Shown here piece after piece: positions 33,818 to 45,400 of a DNA stretch of 64,000 nucleotides. Position 1 is the stretch's first letter; the number at the start of each line of letters is the position of its first letter. The translations under genes and the position numbers were made by a program. The DNA is from an uncultured virus (IMG/VR IMGVR_UViG_3300025617_000008) (Duplodnaviria; Heunggongvirae; Uroviricota; Caudoviricetes). The stretch lies in the IMG/VR virus record IMGVR_UViG_3300025617_000008; one strand, 5' to 3'. The notes under the pieces were generated by a model. It did no database searches. It was not told the origin of the DNA and saw only the letters and a list, made by a program, of their open reading frames with translations.

Positions 33818-35588
33818 ATAGCCAACTATTCCCCGCTTGATTAACTTCGTAAATTAAATTATTATTTCTTGTAGGATCTTGAACTGTTGTTGTAACAGTT
33901 ACATTACTAACAAATGTTCTACCAATCCAGCTACTCCTTGAAACGTTAGCCGCTGTTGTAACATTTTGTCTAGTACTTGCAACGTGTGCTCTAGTTCCAG
34001 GTTCAAAATTACTTACTGGTGCCAATGTGTTTAGCATGTAAGCTACTGATCCTGGTCCTGATGAAGTTTCATTTAATCCTCTAGTATCTAAACTTAAAAA
34101 TATTGTTCTGCTTCTAATTGCTGTATTAACATAACCTACTGTTGCCGCATGGTCATTTAGAGTTGGCTGAGCTGTAATTGTTAAATTACCTACCATTGTG
34201 TCGCCTGTTTTAGCAACTCTCGAACTATCTATTACTGTAACATTTTGACTGCCATCAAATACAACACCATTAATTTGTGGCGTTCCTGCTAATCTTGTAG
34301 CAGTATCGGCATTACCATTAAATGTACCATACCAATCTTTTGTATTACTATTATAAGCAAGGCTAGCATCATTAGCATATACATCACCAATAATATCGCC
34401 TGTTAGTCTATTAACAAGTGTAATACTATCGGCATTAATATTTGTTATAGTTGCGTTTGTTCCGGTAAATGTCTTTGTACTTGCTTCATATACAAAATTA
34501 TTAGAGCTATCTAAAATATCTCCTTTTAAACTGCCAATCAACGTACCATTAAGTTCATCAGTTAACGCATCGATCATTGTAAGACCACTATCACTAACTA
34601 CATTACCGTTTAGTATACCTTCAAATCGTTGGGCATAAATTTCTTTTGAATATAATTTATTATACTGCTCTGTTGCTGATCCAATATTATATCTTTGGTG
34701 TGCTCCTGGTAAAATTCCCACACTAGAAAAAATACTAATATCATCTTCAACTGGACCTGTTTTAATTCTAACTCTTAATGTATTACCTAAACTATTTTCA
34801 ATAACACCTTCATTACCATTGTCAACAGCAATTCTTAGATCGCCATCTGTACCAATAGTTAATCCAGCATCGTCATAGGTAGAACCTCCCGGTGATCTAA
34901 GTACAAAATTACTAATATCTAGCCCGGTAAATTTTAATGTGTCGCTAGCAGTTCCCCAAAATCTGTGATCACTAGACGTTACACCCGAAACAGGTGTGTT
35001 TACTAAAGTAATACCTTTTTTAATTGTGGTAAAACCAGCAATATTTTCAATAACACCAATTACAAACTCATCATCTGAAATTACACCAATTACTGTATCA
35101 TCAATAGTAAGTTTTACAATAGCATGAGCAATGTTACTGTCATCTCTAATTACAGCAGAAGTCAGTTTCGATTCGCCAAAACCAGTTGCTCTTTCAGGAC
35201 CAATTAATTCAAAATCAGTTCCGTTCCATACGCTAATTTGTCCATTAGCATTATCATACCAAAAGTTACCAATATCTTTAGATTGTAGACCAGTAGGTGG
35301 TGTTAAACTTACATCAGCAATAGCAATGCTTCGCCAAGTATTATCTGAGGATCTAAATTTAATTTTGTTGTTTAGATCGTCATACCATATTTGACCAGGT
35401 ATACTCTTGCGTGGCTGTGTGTCACCTCTGAAATGTTCTAGTAAAGCAAGAAAGTTTTCGTTAAGGATTTCACCATAGCCGGCGTAGTTTTTACCTACAA
35501 ACCTTAGGTCAGTGGATGAAGTATCTACTGTTTGATCTGGTACTGTTGTTTGTAGTACACCGTTGTATCTGTTTACGTTATATGGCAT
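33804..35588 (-). CDS. Tail fibre protein
   Basis: Shared fibre N-terminus; GNADTATRLA...INGVVFDGS; KTGDTMVGNL...HAATVGYV. Confidence 0.82.
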   Translation of the reverse strand: MPYNVNRYNGVLQTTVPDQTVDTSSTDLRFVGKNYAGYGEILNENFLALLEHFRGDTQPRKSIPGQIWYDDLNNKIKFRSSDNTWRSIAIADVSLTPPTGLQSKDIGNFWYDNANGQISVWNGTDFELIGPERATGFGESKLTSAVIRDDSNIAHAIVKLTIDDTVIGVISDDEFVIGVIENIAGFTTIKKGITLVNTPVSGVTSSDHRFWGTASDTLKFTGLDISNFVLRSPGGSTYDDAGLTIGTDGDLRIAVDNGNEGVIENSLGNTLRVRIKTGPVEDDISIFSSVGILPGAHQRYNIGSATEQYNKLYSKEIYAQRFEGILNGNVVSDSGLTMIDALTDELNGTLIGSLKGDILDSSNNFVYEASTKTFTGTNATITNINADSITLVNRLTGDIIGDVYANDASLAYNSNTKDWYGTFNGNADTATRLAGTPQINGVVFDGSQNVTVIDSSRVAKTGDTMVGNLTITAQPTLNDHAATVGYVNTAIRSRTIFLSLDTRGLNETSSGPGSVAYMLNTLAPVSNFEPGTRAHVASTRQNVTTAANVSRSSWIGRTFVSNVTVTTTVQDPTRNNNLIYEVNQAGNSWLYVSG

Positions 35589-35599
35589 CCTTCGCTCCG

Positions 35600-35956
35600 T
35601 TACCTAATTGCCCTAGCGGCATTTTCTCTTTCTTGTTCTAATTCTAAATACTGTTCTTCAGTTAAACTAGTAACAACACCTAATGCTTTTTCTCTAGTGT
35701 GTCTAAGCACTTTCCAATCAGTACTTGTTAAAAATTCTAAATGTTCAATGTTTGCTTTAGCATCAGCTTCGTCTTGTAACTCGCTAGCAGGTCTTAGAGA
35801 AACTGTCTTTGTAGCAGTATCAAAATGATATTTTCCGCCTTCGATAAGATTCATTTCTTCTTGTGTAATTTCAATAACTTCAACAGTGGCCGGAACATTA
35901 GGCCTGTAATTTAAAATTGCTGATACTGTGTTATCTTCTATACAAACGTAATACAT
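35600..35956 (-). CDS. Tail fibre assembly chaperone-like protein
   Basis: FLTSTDWKVLRH...ERENAARAI; follows a fibre gene. Confidence 0.65.
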   Translation of the reverse strand: MYYVCIEDNTVSAILNYRPNVPATVEVIEITQEEMNLIEGGKYHFDTATKTVSLRPASELQDEADAKANIEHLEFLTSTDWKVLRHTREKALGVVTSLTEEQYLELEQERENAARAIR

Positions 35957-35957
35957 A

Positions 35958-37580
35958 TTAACTCCAAATTGCTAGCCAGTTTGCGGCTGGTGTGCTTCGC
36001 TGTTCTGTGTTTTGTACCCATACTCTAATTCTATCACTTAAACTAGACCACGTACATCTAATACTGTCATTGCCATCAACTCCGCCAGCATAATGTACCA
36101 TAGCAATGCTAGGTATAAACGCTTTTAGATCGGCCATTGTCTTTCCTGCCGGAGGAAAAACATCGAAATTGTTTCTACTGTTATTAAAACTTCCTACTTG
36201 GTTTGTATAACCAGTTGTACTGTATTGTGTATTGCCGTAAGTAATTGTATATTGTGCTGGTATTTGAGCAATAATACTTTGTGCGTTTGCGGTATCTCTA
36301 GCATCAACATACTGCTTTGTTGCAGCTTGTAAATTTTGTGTAGGATCTTGATGTAATACCAACGATCCTGTAAGAATTCCTCCGCTTAAAGGCAACTTAG
36401 TTATATCAGCAACTGTGATAGGACCACTACCGTCAAACGGAACATTATTAATAGTTGTAGGCGATGTTAGTTTATTTGCTGTTGATGCGTTACCAGTTAG
36501 TGAACCAGTAAACACTCTCGTTACTTCATCGTAAGCAACACTGGTGTCTGTATTTTGAATACTACCCACAAGTGTACCTGTAACATTACCTATCACAAAT
36601 CCTGTAACATTACCCGAAACATTACCTGTAACATTACCAACAACAGGGCCTGTATGTGTTCCTGTTACATTACCTGTTACATTACCAACAACTGGTCCGT
36701 TGTGTGTTCCTTGTGTATTTCCTGTTAAATCAGCATTAATTGTATTAGCACTAAAGTTACCAGCGGCATCTCTAGCAACTATAGCATCACTTACGTCATT
36801 TGCTGTAGCATTTACAGACCAACTAGTTTGATTTGTTCCATCGAAATTATTACCTACAATATAATTTCCAGCAACTAGCTGATTAGTAGTACTAGCTTTT
36901 AGTGTAATATTAGTTGACCCGTCAAACGCTACACCGTTAATGTTTCTTGGTGTTTCTAGAGCCGATGCTGTATCAGCATTTCCATGTAAGTCGCCATTAA
37001 TAAATGTTGAAGCATTTAAATTAATTCCTGCGTCTAAACTACTAAATCCTGGAATAGTATTAATAGTGTAAGGACTATCTGTTACCATCGCAATTACAGT
37101 TCCATTGACTGTTATTTTGATAGCAGGATGATCTGTGCCAAGCGAGTCAGTAACACTTTCACTAATAGCTCTAGTAGTACCACTAAATCCTGGTACATTC
37201 TCAGCACCTACAAATACAAACTGTGTTCCATCATATACATGAAACTTTTTGCTTGTTGAGTCTAACCACGTGTCTCCAATCGAAGGCGTTGATGGTGCTG
37301 TAGCACTAACTTCTGTTCCGCCTACAAGTAACCAAGAATTAGCATTATAAACTTTTAATCTATCAACATCGCTATCATACCATAGCTGTCCTTTGATTGC
37401 TTTCGGTGGAGCGCCAACACCGGCAAAGTTTTCCAGCATCCAAAGGAAATTTTCATTTTGAATTTCTCCATAGCCAGCAAAGTTTTTACCGACAAGTCCT
37501 ATGCTTGTAGTCGAGTCTAGTGTACCATCCTGTAGTACTACTAATTGATCTCCATTAAATTTGTTTATCTGGTATGGCAT
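35958..37580 (-). CDS. Tail fibre protein
   Basis: Shared fibre N-terminus; GNVT repeats; two INxVxFDGS units; AATKQYVD. Confidence 0.82.
   Translation of the reverse strand: MPYQINKFNGDQLVVLQDGTLDSTTSIGLVGKNFAGYGEIQNENFLWMLENFAGVGAPPKAIKGQLWYDSDVDRLKVYNANSWLLVGGTEVSATAPSTPSIGDTWLDSTSKKFHVYDGTQFVFVGAENVPGFSGTTRAISESVTDSLGTDHPAIKITVNGTVIAMVTDSPYTINTIPGFSSLDAGINLNASTFINGDLHGNADTASALETPRNINGVAFDGSTNITLKASTTNQLVAGNYIVGNNFDGTNQTSWSVNATANDVSDAIVARDAAGNFSANTINADLTGNTQGTHNGPVVGNVTGNVTGTHTGPVVGNVTGNVSGNVTGFVIGNVTGTLVGSIQNTDTSVAYDEVTRVFTGSLTGNASTANKLTSPTTINNVPFDGSGPITVADITKLPLSGGILTGSLVLHQDPTQNLQAATKQYVDARDTANAQSIIAQIPAQYTITYGNTQYSTTGYTNQVGSFNNSRNNFDVFPPAGKTMADLKAFIPSIAMVHYAGGVDGNDSIRCTWSSLSDRIRVWVQNTEQRSTPAANWLAIWS
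36555..36722 (-). repeat. Degenerate 12-bp coding repeats (G-N-V-T tetrapeptide)
   Basis: GNTQGTHNGPVVGNVTGNVTGTHTGPVVGNVTGNVSGNVTGFVIGNVTGTLVGSIQ. Confidence 0.85.
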
Positions 37581-37612
37581 GTTTTTTCTTCCATTATATC
37601 ATATTTACCGTA

Positions 37613-39616
37613 TTATGGCCTTATAAAGTTTACTAGCCCAGTTAATGGGTCTGTTGGGTTTGTTTGATCTTCTACTAGGCCGCCGCCTGGTGAAACTACC
37701 CAAGAAGTTTTAGTTATATCAAGTTCGTAGGTTGTAATTCCTCTGATAGTGAATAATCTAGGTGGCGCTTTAGCACTGATACTGTCAGCATCAACTTCTC
37801 TAATAACACCGTATGTTGCTGTTGGGCCACTTGGTGTTTCACTACCTTCAACATCATATAATGTTGTGGTTGTCAGTGTCGGTGTTACTGAATTAATATT
37901 ACCTAAAATTTGTCTAAATGTACTAATTCTTATTTTTGTACCAGCTTCGTATTCTGCCGGAGGACACATTCTTAAAAGTTCTGTAGCAATTTCACTAGCA
38001 GTCATTGGGTCATTTTCGTTTGGATAATAACCTGTAATGTTCATGTTAAACGGTATGCTTCGTGTTCTTACATAATTTGTAACATAAGTTTTTGTTGTTG
38101 CTTGCGATCTTTCTGTAACACTTAAATTATCAAATGCTTCTGTAGTTTGTACAATATTAGTTTGATTTGTTGTAAATAATCCAGAAATTTTAGGATTAGT
38201 ACCAACTAGTACAATATCGCCTCTTGGCTCAATTTTTAAATCTGTCGGATGAGCTGGATCACCGTTTGAATATGGAGCAGTTACACCGTTGTTAGAAATA
38301 ATATTATCATTAAGTGTAATATTATCAGCAGTAAGACTTACTTGATTACCAAAAGAGGTTAACCCTGGAGCACTATTTACAGCGGCCGCTAATTCAATAC
38401 CAGCGCCTGTATCAAATAATACATTTGCTCCATTAATTTGATATCCTTTCAATGCTGGAATATTAATATTTTCACTGAAATTCCACGTGTCTGTAGCATT
38501 GTCCCAAGTAATAGTATGATCAGTATCTCCTTTAAGAGCAATACCTCCGCCATCTGCTAATAAATCTGTAGCTATTCCTGCGCTTGGGACTGCTAATTCA
38601 ATTAGTTTATCTTCAACTTGTACGTTTGTTGATTGTACTTCTAGCACAGATCCTGTTACAACAAAGTTACCGTTTACTTGTAAGTCTCCGCCTACAACAG
38701 TTAAACTGTTTGGATAGCTTTCTAAAAGTTTTAAAGTGTCTTTTCCTGATTCAGTAGCATCATTAGGTGTTGCTACAATAAAGTCTAAATTGGCGCCGCT
38801 CTTTCTGCCTCTAACTGTTAATCTTTGATTATTAGTACTGTTAAGTAAGAAAATATCTCCAGAGCCTTCTGAACCTAATTGTCCGTTTGTTGCTTCGCCA
38901 AAACGTAATCCGCCGGATTGCTGAATTGTAACTACTTCTGTAAACACATTTGCTTGATTCTTTTTAGCAAAAATATCAGCACTTAGTCCGCCAAGTGCTT
39001 CAGCATTAGTAGCAACACCTTGGAATTTGTAACTTTGCTTAATAGGATTAAAACCAACTTTGACTGACTGTTGATCATAACCAGGAATAGCAATTCTTGG
39101 TGAAAATTCTTGCTTACTGTAAAACCCTACCCTATCTCCGCCTACATAAACTGTTGTAATTGTTCTGTTTGTACTATTTGAATCTTCAATGTCCTCAACT
39201 ACAACTCCACTTACGCCTTGCGAGATTTTATAATCAGGGCCAATTAAGTAGTCTCTTGTACCGTCATAAAAGAATAATTGTCTTGTAACAATATTAAACC
39301 AAAAATCTCCAGAGCTAATGTCTAGTGGTCGTTCGTCACTTAATGCTGATGTACCAACTGCTTTCCACTCTGTTCCAGAATATACTTTAATTCTATTTTC
39401 AGTTATGTCAAACCAAAGTTGGCCTGTTAAAGGAGCAGTTGGTGACGAATCGCCCGCAAAATTTTCAAGCATTTTAACAAGATTTTCGTTAATATACTCT
39501 CCATACCCACTGAAGTTTTTACCAACCAGTGTAATATCAGTTGATGCTTGATCTATTTGGCCATCTGATACTGTTGCTATTGCTGTTCCGTCTGTTCTGT
39601 TAATTGTATATGCCAT
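37613..39616 (-). CDS. Tail fibre protein
   Basis: Shared fibre N-terminus (LVGKNFSGYGEYINENL); STNVQVEDKLIELA...ADGGGIALKG. Confidence 0.8.
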   Translation of the reverse strand: MAYTINRTDGTAIATVSDGQIDQASTDITLVGKNFSGYGEYINENLVKMLENFAGDSSPTAPLTGQLWFDITENRIKVYSGTEWKAVGTSALSDERPLDISSGDFWFNIVTRQLFFYDGTRDYLIGPDYKISQGVSGVVVEDIEDSNSTNRTITTVYVGGDRVGFYSKQEFSPRIAIPGYDQQSVKVGFNPIKQSYKFQGVATNAEALGGLSADIFAKKNQANVFTEVVTIQQSGGLRFGEATNGQLGSEGSGDIFLLNSTNNQRLTVRGRKSGANLDFIVATPNDATESGKDTLKLLESYPNSLTVVGGDLQVNGNFVVTGSVLEVQSTNVQVEDKLIELAVPSAGIATDLLADGGGIALKGDTDHTITWDNATDTWNFSENINIPALKGYQINGANVLFDTGAGIELAAAVNSAPGLTSFGNQVSLTADNITLNDNIISNNGVTAPYSNGDPAHPTDLKIEPRGDIVLVGTNPKISGLFTTNQTNIVQTTEAFDNLSVTERSQATTKTYVTNYVRTRSIPFNMNITGYYPNENDPMTASEIATELLRMCPPAEYEAGTKIRISTFRQILGNINSVTPTLTTTTLYDVEGSETPSGPTATYGVIREVDADSISAKAPPRLFTIRGITTYELDITKTSWVVSPGGGLVEDQTNPTDPLTGLVNFIRP

Positions 39617-39631
39617 TTATACTGCGCTCCG

Positions 39632-41824
39632 TTAAGTTGGTAAACCACTTCGAATAATATAATTCAATGTAAGGTATGGATTCATTACACCAAATGGTCT
39701 TCCTACAAGTGAATCTGGTTGTCCTGGTGTTCGTTTATTCTCGTTCGCTATTCTTACTAAACCACTGGATGACATTTTCTGTCCGCCGTTAGTTACTGAA
39801 CCTGCTTTAATTCTAGTATTTGCTTGGCCTGTTCCGCCGATTTGCGTTGTTGGTCCAAAGTCGTTAGGTGCGTTTGTAACTTCATTAAATGCGTAAAACT
39901 GAGCACCACTAACAGTGTTTGTATTTGAACGACCTTTCATATCGTGATCGTGATCTGGAATATTATACTGTTCAATTATGTAAGCATCATCGCCTTCGTA
40001 TGCTCCTAATAAACTCGACTCTGCTTGATCAACTCTAGATGTTGCTAAGTCTCGTATAGCATCGTATTGTCCTGTTGGATGAGGTATTTTTGCTCCACTA
40101 TTCATATTTTCTTTACCTAGTGGAAAACGACCTCTCATGTCCGGAACTCTAAATGATGGTTGTATTGTACTGTCGATTGTTGATTGTAAACTTCCTTTAC
40201 CTTGAATATCATTATAAGTGTCGCCAATAGCATCATATAAATCTCTAAATCTATATTGCTCGTATTCAGATCCGTCACATAACAAATATCCATCTGGTAG
40301 ATTAGTTTCTGGACCAGCATAAGGAAGTACTGTTCCAATAGGAACGCCAGCATCGCCTAAAAATACTTCTCTGGTTACTTTTCTTAATCCTGCTGTTCTA
40401 CTGTAAAATAGAATCTCATCATTTAGTCCGACACTACCAGCACTGGGTTTAGTTGAAATAATATCCGAAGTTAATTCTGTTTGGAAAGTTTTATTTAGGT
40501 TTCCTGTACCATTAAACGATATTACGTTGGATGATACATCACCTTCTAATTTAAAATTAGTAGCACTTGCTAATGATGTTGCTGAGTTAGAGTTACCATC
40601 AATGTTACCTCTAAGTGTTCCTTCCACTTCGTTAGCAATAATTTTATTTGCGTAGATTGTACTGTACTTGTTATTTGCTTCGCCAATTGTTTCTGACCCG
40701 GTAAGCGGTGATATTGATTTAGTGATCAATGTACCACTATTCATCGTAAGGTCGCCGCCAACATTAATATTTTTTGCTACGCTTAGGCCGCCTTCGGTTC
40801 TGATACTACCATTTTGTAAATTTGTACTTTGTGTTTCAGATGTAAATTGTACATCACCAGTTGCTTTTACAGATCCAACAATATCCAATGTTGAGCTAGG
40901 ATTTAGATTGTTAATACCAACCTTAGTTTCGATAACCCTTAATACTGTAGACGGAACTCCAAACGATCCTGTTCTACTAGATTGTAAATCAATACTAGCT
41001 CCAGGTGTACTATTGTAAACAACAGCGTTGGCATTTTGTACTCGTAAGTTCATGTTACCATTTGTACCTACAAATACACCAGAATCATCTCTTACGTTCA
41101 ACTGTTTTTGGATTGTGCCAACAACATCTGTTCTAATAAAACTTGTCGAAGGAATAGTATCTCCAGCAACAACTAATCCGTCTGCCGCACTAGCTGTTCC
41201 GATTAGTTTTGGAAATACTTGTTCTTCTGAAATATCAGTACGTGCTGTAATATTAATACCAGCTTCGATACTGTTAAACCCTTGAATTACAACTTTAGGT
41301 GTAAAGCTGTCTTTTGAAATAATTGTTACAGGAATATCCTGCGAATAAAATATAATAACTGTTCTCGATACGTTATCAATATCAAAAATGTTTTCAACTA
41401 GCGGTCCTGACTTAGTACCTTCACTAAATTGAGGTCCTACTAATACCCAAGTAACGCCTGACCATAGATATAATTGCTGTGTTGATGTGTTTACCCAAAG
41501 ATCGCCAAGGGCGGCACCTTGCGGTTCGTCAACTCCGGTTCTAATATTTGACGTAGTTTTCCAACTAATGCCATCGTATACAAAAAGTTTATTTTCTACA
41601 CTATTAAACCATAACTGACCTGTTACTGCTTGTGAATCGCTTGGTGCTACATCACTAGCAAAATTTTCTAATAGATGCAGAAAGTTTTCAGCAATAATTT
41701 TTCCATAGCCGGTTTGATTACGACCTGGTATAGTAACACTAGTGTCAACATTTGAAGTATTATCAAATATTTCTAATGGTTCTGGATGTAGTGTATCATC
41801 TGTAAAATAAACTTTGTACGACAT
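39632..41824 (-). CDS. Tail fibre protein with tail-collar domain (gp12-like)
   Basis: PIGTVLPYAG, GYLLCDGS, FRVPDMRGRFPLG, NIPDHDH, MNPYLTLNYII. Confidence 0.85.
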   Translation of the reverse strand: MSYKVYFTDDTLHPEPLEIFDNTSNVDTSVTIPGRNQTGYGKIIAENFLHLLENFASDVAPSDSQAVTGQLWFNSVENKLFVYDGISWKTTSNIRTGVDEPQGAALGDLWVNTSTQQLYLWSGVTWVLVGPQFSEGTKSGPLVENIFDIDNVSRTVIIFYSQDIPVTIISKDSFTPKVVIQGFNSIEAGINITARTDISEEQVFPKLIGTASAADGLVVAGDTIPSTSFIRTDVVGTIQKQLNVRDDSGVFVGTNGNMNLRVQNANAVVYNSTPGASIDLQSSRTGSFGVPSTVLRVIETKVGINNLNPSSTLDIVGSVKATGDVQFTSETQSTNLQNGSIRTEGGLSVAKNINVGGDLTMNSGTLITKSISPLTGSETIGEANNKYSTIYANKIIANEVEGTLRGNIDGNSNSATSLASATNFKLEGDVSSNVISFNGTGNLNKTFQTELTSDIISTKPSAGSVGLNDEILFYSRTAGLRKVTREVFLGDAGVPIGTVLPYAGPETNLPDGYLLCDGSEYEQYRFRDLYDAIGDTYNDIQGKGSLQSTIDSTIQPSFRVPDMRGRFPLGKENMNSGAKIPHPTGQYDAIRDLATSRVDQAESSLLGAYEGDDAYIIEQYNIPDHDHDMKGRSNTNTVSGAQFYAFNEVTNAPNDFGPTTQIGGTGQANTRIKAGSVTNGGQKMSSSGLVRIANENKRTPGQPDSLVGRPFGVMNPYLTLNYIIRSGLPT

Positions 41825-41826
41825 TA

Positions 41827-42456
41827 TTATACCTCAGTAAATCCAGTTAGACTCTGTATTCTAACTGTGTAATCAATTTGTATTAGTCTGTTAAGTGACT
41901 TTTGTACAGGATGAAAAACAACATGTGTTAGTAACTTTCCTGTTGATGCTTTAAGCCCAAGTTCATCAAATACATATTCGCCATCCATATCAACTGAATT
42001 GTCAAATGCTTCCTGGCCTTCTGGTTCACCGTAATCTAATAAACACGAAACAACAATATCACTGTATGTTGCTCCAGTAACATGACGGACTTCCATTTTA
42101 TTTCTAGTGTTGTCAGTATTTGTGGCAGAATTTTGATCAACAACTTTTGTATATGTTTGATTATATAGACTCGAGTCTGTACCATTTGTGTTTGGTGTTA
42201 GGTATGTAATAAGCCCTGTTGGATCTACTACCGTACCTCCATTACCAAAACTCATTTCTGAGATCCAGCCTTCGCCTTGATTGGATAAACTTTGTGCCAT
42301 CGCAACACTAATATTTTCATAGTGTATAGCATTCCGTTTATCTACATAAACTTCATTTGTTTTAGGGTCAAAAATCTTAATATGCCCTTCAATTTGAAAC
42401 CCGCTTTGCTCGTCGGGCTTCTTGTTTTCTGTTTGATTTTGTTTGTTTTCTGCCAT
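41827..42456 (-). CDS. Baseplate/tail structural protein
   Basis: EGHIKIFD, FGNGG, YVFDELGL...THVVFHPVQKS...IDYTVRI; start placed at MAENK because TAAATA (42489-42494) is only 2 nt from the upstream ATG. Confidence 0.65.
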   Translation of the reverse strand: MAENKQNQTENKKPDEQSGFQIEGHIKIFDPKTNEVYVDKRNAIHYENISVAMAQSLSNQGEGWISEMSFGNGGTVVDPTGLITYLTPNTNGTDSSLYNQTYTKVVDQNSATNTDNTRNKMEVRHVTGATYSDIVVSCLLDYGEPEGQEAFDNSVDMDGEYVFDELGLKASTGKLLTHVVFHPVQKSLNRLIQIDYTVRIQSLTGFTEV

Positions 42457-42491
42457 ATCCGTCTCTTTGAGTTTGTTATCTCTCATTGTAT

Positions 42492-45400
42492 TTATTCGGG
42501 TAGTTCTGTGCTACTATTTTGTAAGAATCTTGCTATAGCGGTAGTTGCTTCGCCTAATGAATTTCCATTAGAAACCGTTGATTCCCCTCGATCGTACCAA
42601 GTTCTGCCTGTTCTCCTAATTACGGTAATACGTGTTCCTGGTGCTACAGGATCTGTTAACCTTATATACTCATTTATGCCATCTACACTAAATTCCGCAT
42701 CGTACTGGACATCACCGTCTGGACTATATGCGGCTTTAGTTGTATCATACATTGTAAACTGATCTTTTCTTAGTCTGCGGCCACCAACAAATAGTTCAAC
42801 GTTATCGCAACGGCCATATCCTTCTGGTATATTGCTATCTGTAAATTCTCCGCCTTTTACTGGAACATATTCTAATGGTCCAATTAATAAACTAGTACCG
42901 TCTGATACAAAATCAACTTTATCTTGTTCATCGTTGTACGGTACTTGTTCAGTAAATCCAGTATCAATTACTTGTGTTCCAGCACTGTGTATTGGTCTAA
43001 TACTTGTGCCCTGGAAACCACGTCTTATATTTTGAAGTTCGTTTCCGGATTTATTTAGATACTGTATTTTCTCTCCATTAATAGTAACAATTCCTGGCTG
43101 TCCTGATCCTGGTGTTGGTAATTTAGAAGCATCGCTGAGATTAATTACAGTGTCGTAATAGTTTAAGTCAGTAGCAAGTGTTACATCAATAATTTGATAT
43201 CTAGAATAATTGTTTCTACTCAATACATCTCTATAAATTTCATAACTTAAAGGAGTATTATACACTTTATTACTATAGACTATTGTTTCGATGATATCTG
43301 ACACAACAGTTGTTTGCTTTATGTACACAGAATCTCCTGCTGGGCCAACATAAAAGTCAATATTTGGTGTTAACCTAGTTCCATTTACATAAACCCAAAC
43401 GCTAGAAATATCTGTAACACTTCTTTGAAGTTTATAGCTGTTTTGATTACCTTGATAAACATCTCTTAAGATATCTACTTCAGTGTATTGTGTAAACCAT
43501 ATAACATCAATATAATCACCATTGGTAATATTAAACAAAGAACTAAATGTAACGTTTCCGTCAATAATTTGATAGTTAATATCTGCTAGATTTTCAATTA
43601 ATACAGTATCTCCAACATTAATATCTTTTGTAATTTCAATTTCATTATCGGCACCGTTAAAAATATAATCAATAGCATTTTCTAATAGTGTACCGTTAAC
43701 AAAAACTCTAATCTGTGTAGGAATAATAGTTCCGCTACTTAATTTTGGATCATCATTTAACTTAATAACAGGTTCGCCATCATAAATTTTATATGTACTG
43801 TCGATAGTTTTAAGTAATGAACCATTATATTCAACAATGACATTAGAATTATCCGACGATCCTAATTGATCATAGAATGAAATTGGATATTCAGTTGTTC
43901 CTGGTGTAAGATTAATTCTTTCCTGATTAATTCTAACAATACTTTCTGATTGTCCGCTTTCTTGTGATAGAACAACAATTTGAATTAGGTCGCCGTTGCC
44001 TGGCGCAACACCAAACTCAACTAAAGTATTATTAGATTCGTTAACAACTCCGTTACTGTTAATAAAGCCAACTGTTGTAGGTTCTCCATTAACTGTAGCA
44101 AACACTCTGCCAGTGTCACTAAACGGAGCTCCTGTTAAGAAATAACGTGTTTGATTATCTCCTGTAAACTCTCTTACATCTAGTAGTTCAACACCGCCAA
44201 CACCTAACGAGAATACTTCAATAATTTCATTAAATCCAGGCGGATTAATAAATCTAACCAAGTTATTTTGATAATCAACTGTATAATCTACTTGATCAAC
44301 TTGTTGTTGTTTGTTAACAAACACAAGTAAACTTGCGTTTTCTAAAATGTGCTGATCAATAGCAAACGTTGAAGTATTATTGTCACCAGTGTAAATTCTT
44401 GAAAGCACAGCTGGAGCACCAAATCTGTCTGTATGGAATACTTTAATGCTCAATGTTTCTAATACTTGCCCAGGCACATTTTCTTCTGGTGCTGGAACTT
44501 GATCAGGACTAATAAATTTCTCGCCATCAATGACAATTTCTTCTGGTAAAATTCCTGTTGCTGTACTATATGGATTAGAACCAAGTAACGTTCCGCCACT
44601 TACTTCAGCGTCAATATAGTTTGCTGACTGTATATCAATAGATCCGTCACTGTCAACAGGACGGAATATTAATGTATCACCGTCAAATATTTCAATGCCT
44701 TCGTCTGGATATGGAATAGTAATAACATTAGTGCTTCCATCTCCAATAAACGTTGGCATAATAGCATTTTCGTTTGTAACCAATGACGGTGTTCCAAAGT
44801 TTGGATCATCCAATCTTGTTGTTGTAGTTTCGCCTTTCCTTCTGATATAGATGTTATATATTTTTCCGCTTTCTGGAACTTCAGGCAATACAAATTCATG
44901 TGTGCTGTCATCAGCGGCAATATAAAAATCTTTAGTATTACTTTCTGCGCTATCCCAACCTTCAGTAAACCAAGGCAACGCATCCCACCCGGCACCAATG
45001 TCAAATGTAGCACCTTGGACAATTACTCCGCCGTAATCCATACCAGTTACTAGTTGTGAGTAATCTGTTGAAATTTCACTGCCATCATCTGGAATTTCTT
45101 TGTCAATACCTAACATTCCGTCAGTTGGCTTATAATATTTGTCTATTCTATTAAGGCTGTCTAGTACTTCATCGTTCTTTTCATATACAACTTTTACTAC
45201 TGAACCTTCAGGTGCCGCAACTAACAGTGTTAAGCGTCCTTTTAGTACAGTAATATCGTTAATTACTTTTGTAAACAACGTAACGGTATAATCACTGCTG
45301 AATAGTTGTTCATCGTCAATAGTAATAACAATAGAACCTTTATCTAGTGTACTTGGATATTTTAAATCAAATGTAGTTGTTCTACCTGTTCCTGTAAATG

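Noticed and set aside
36555..36722. Short periodic repeats as CRISPR array or DGR variable repeat
   Set aside because: They are degenerate in-frame GNVT coding repeats with no spacers, and no reverse transcriptase or cas genes are in the window.
35591..39634. Shared TAACGGAGCG (- strand) before two fibre genes
   Set aside because: Explained by stop codon plus SD in paralogous gene junctions.
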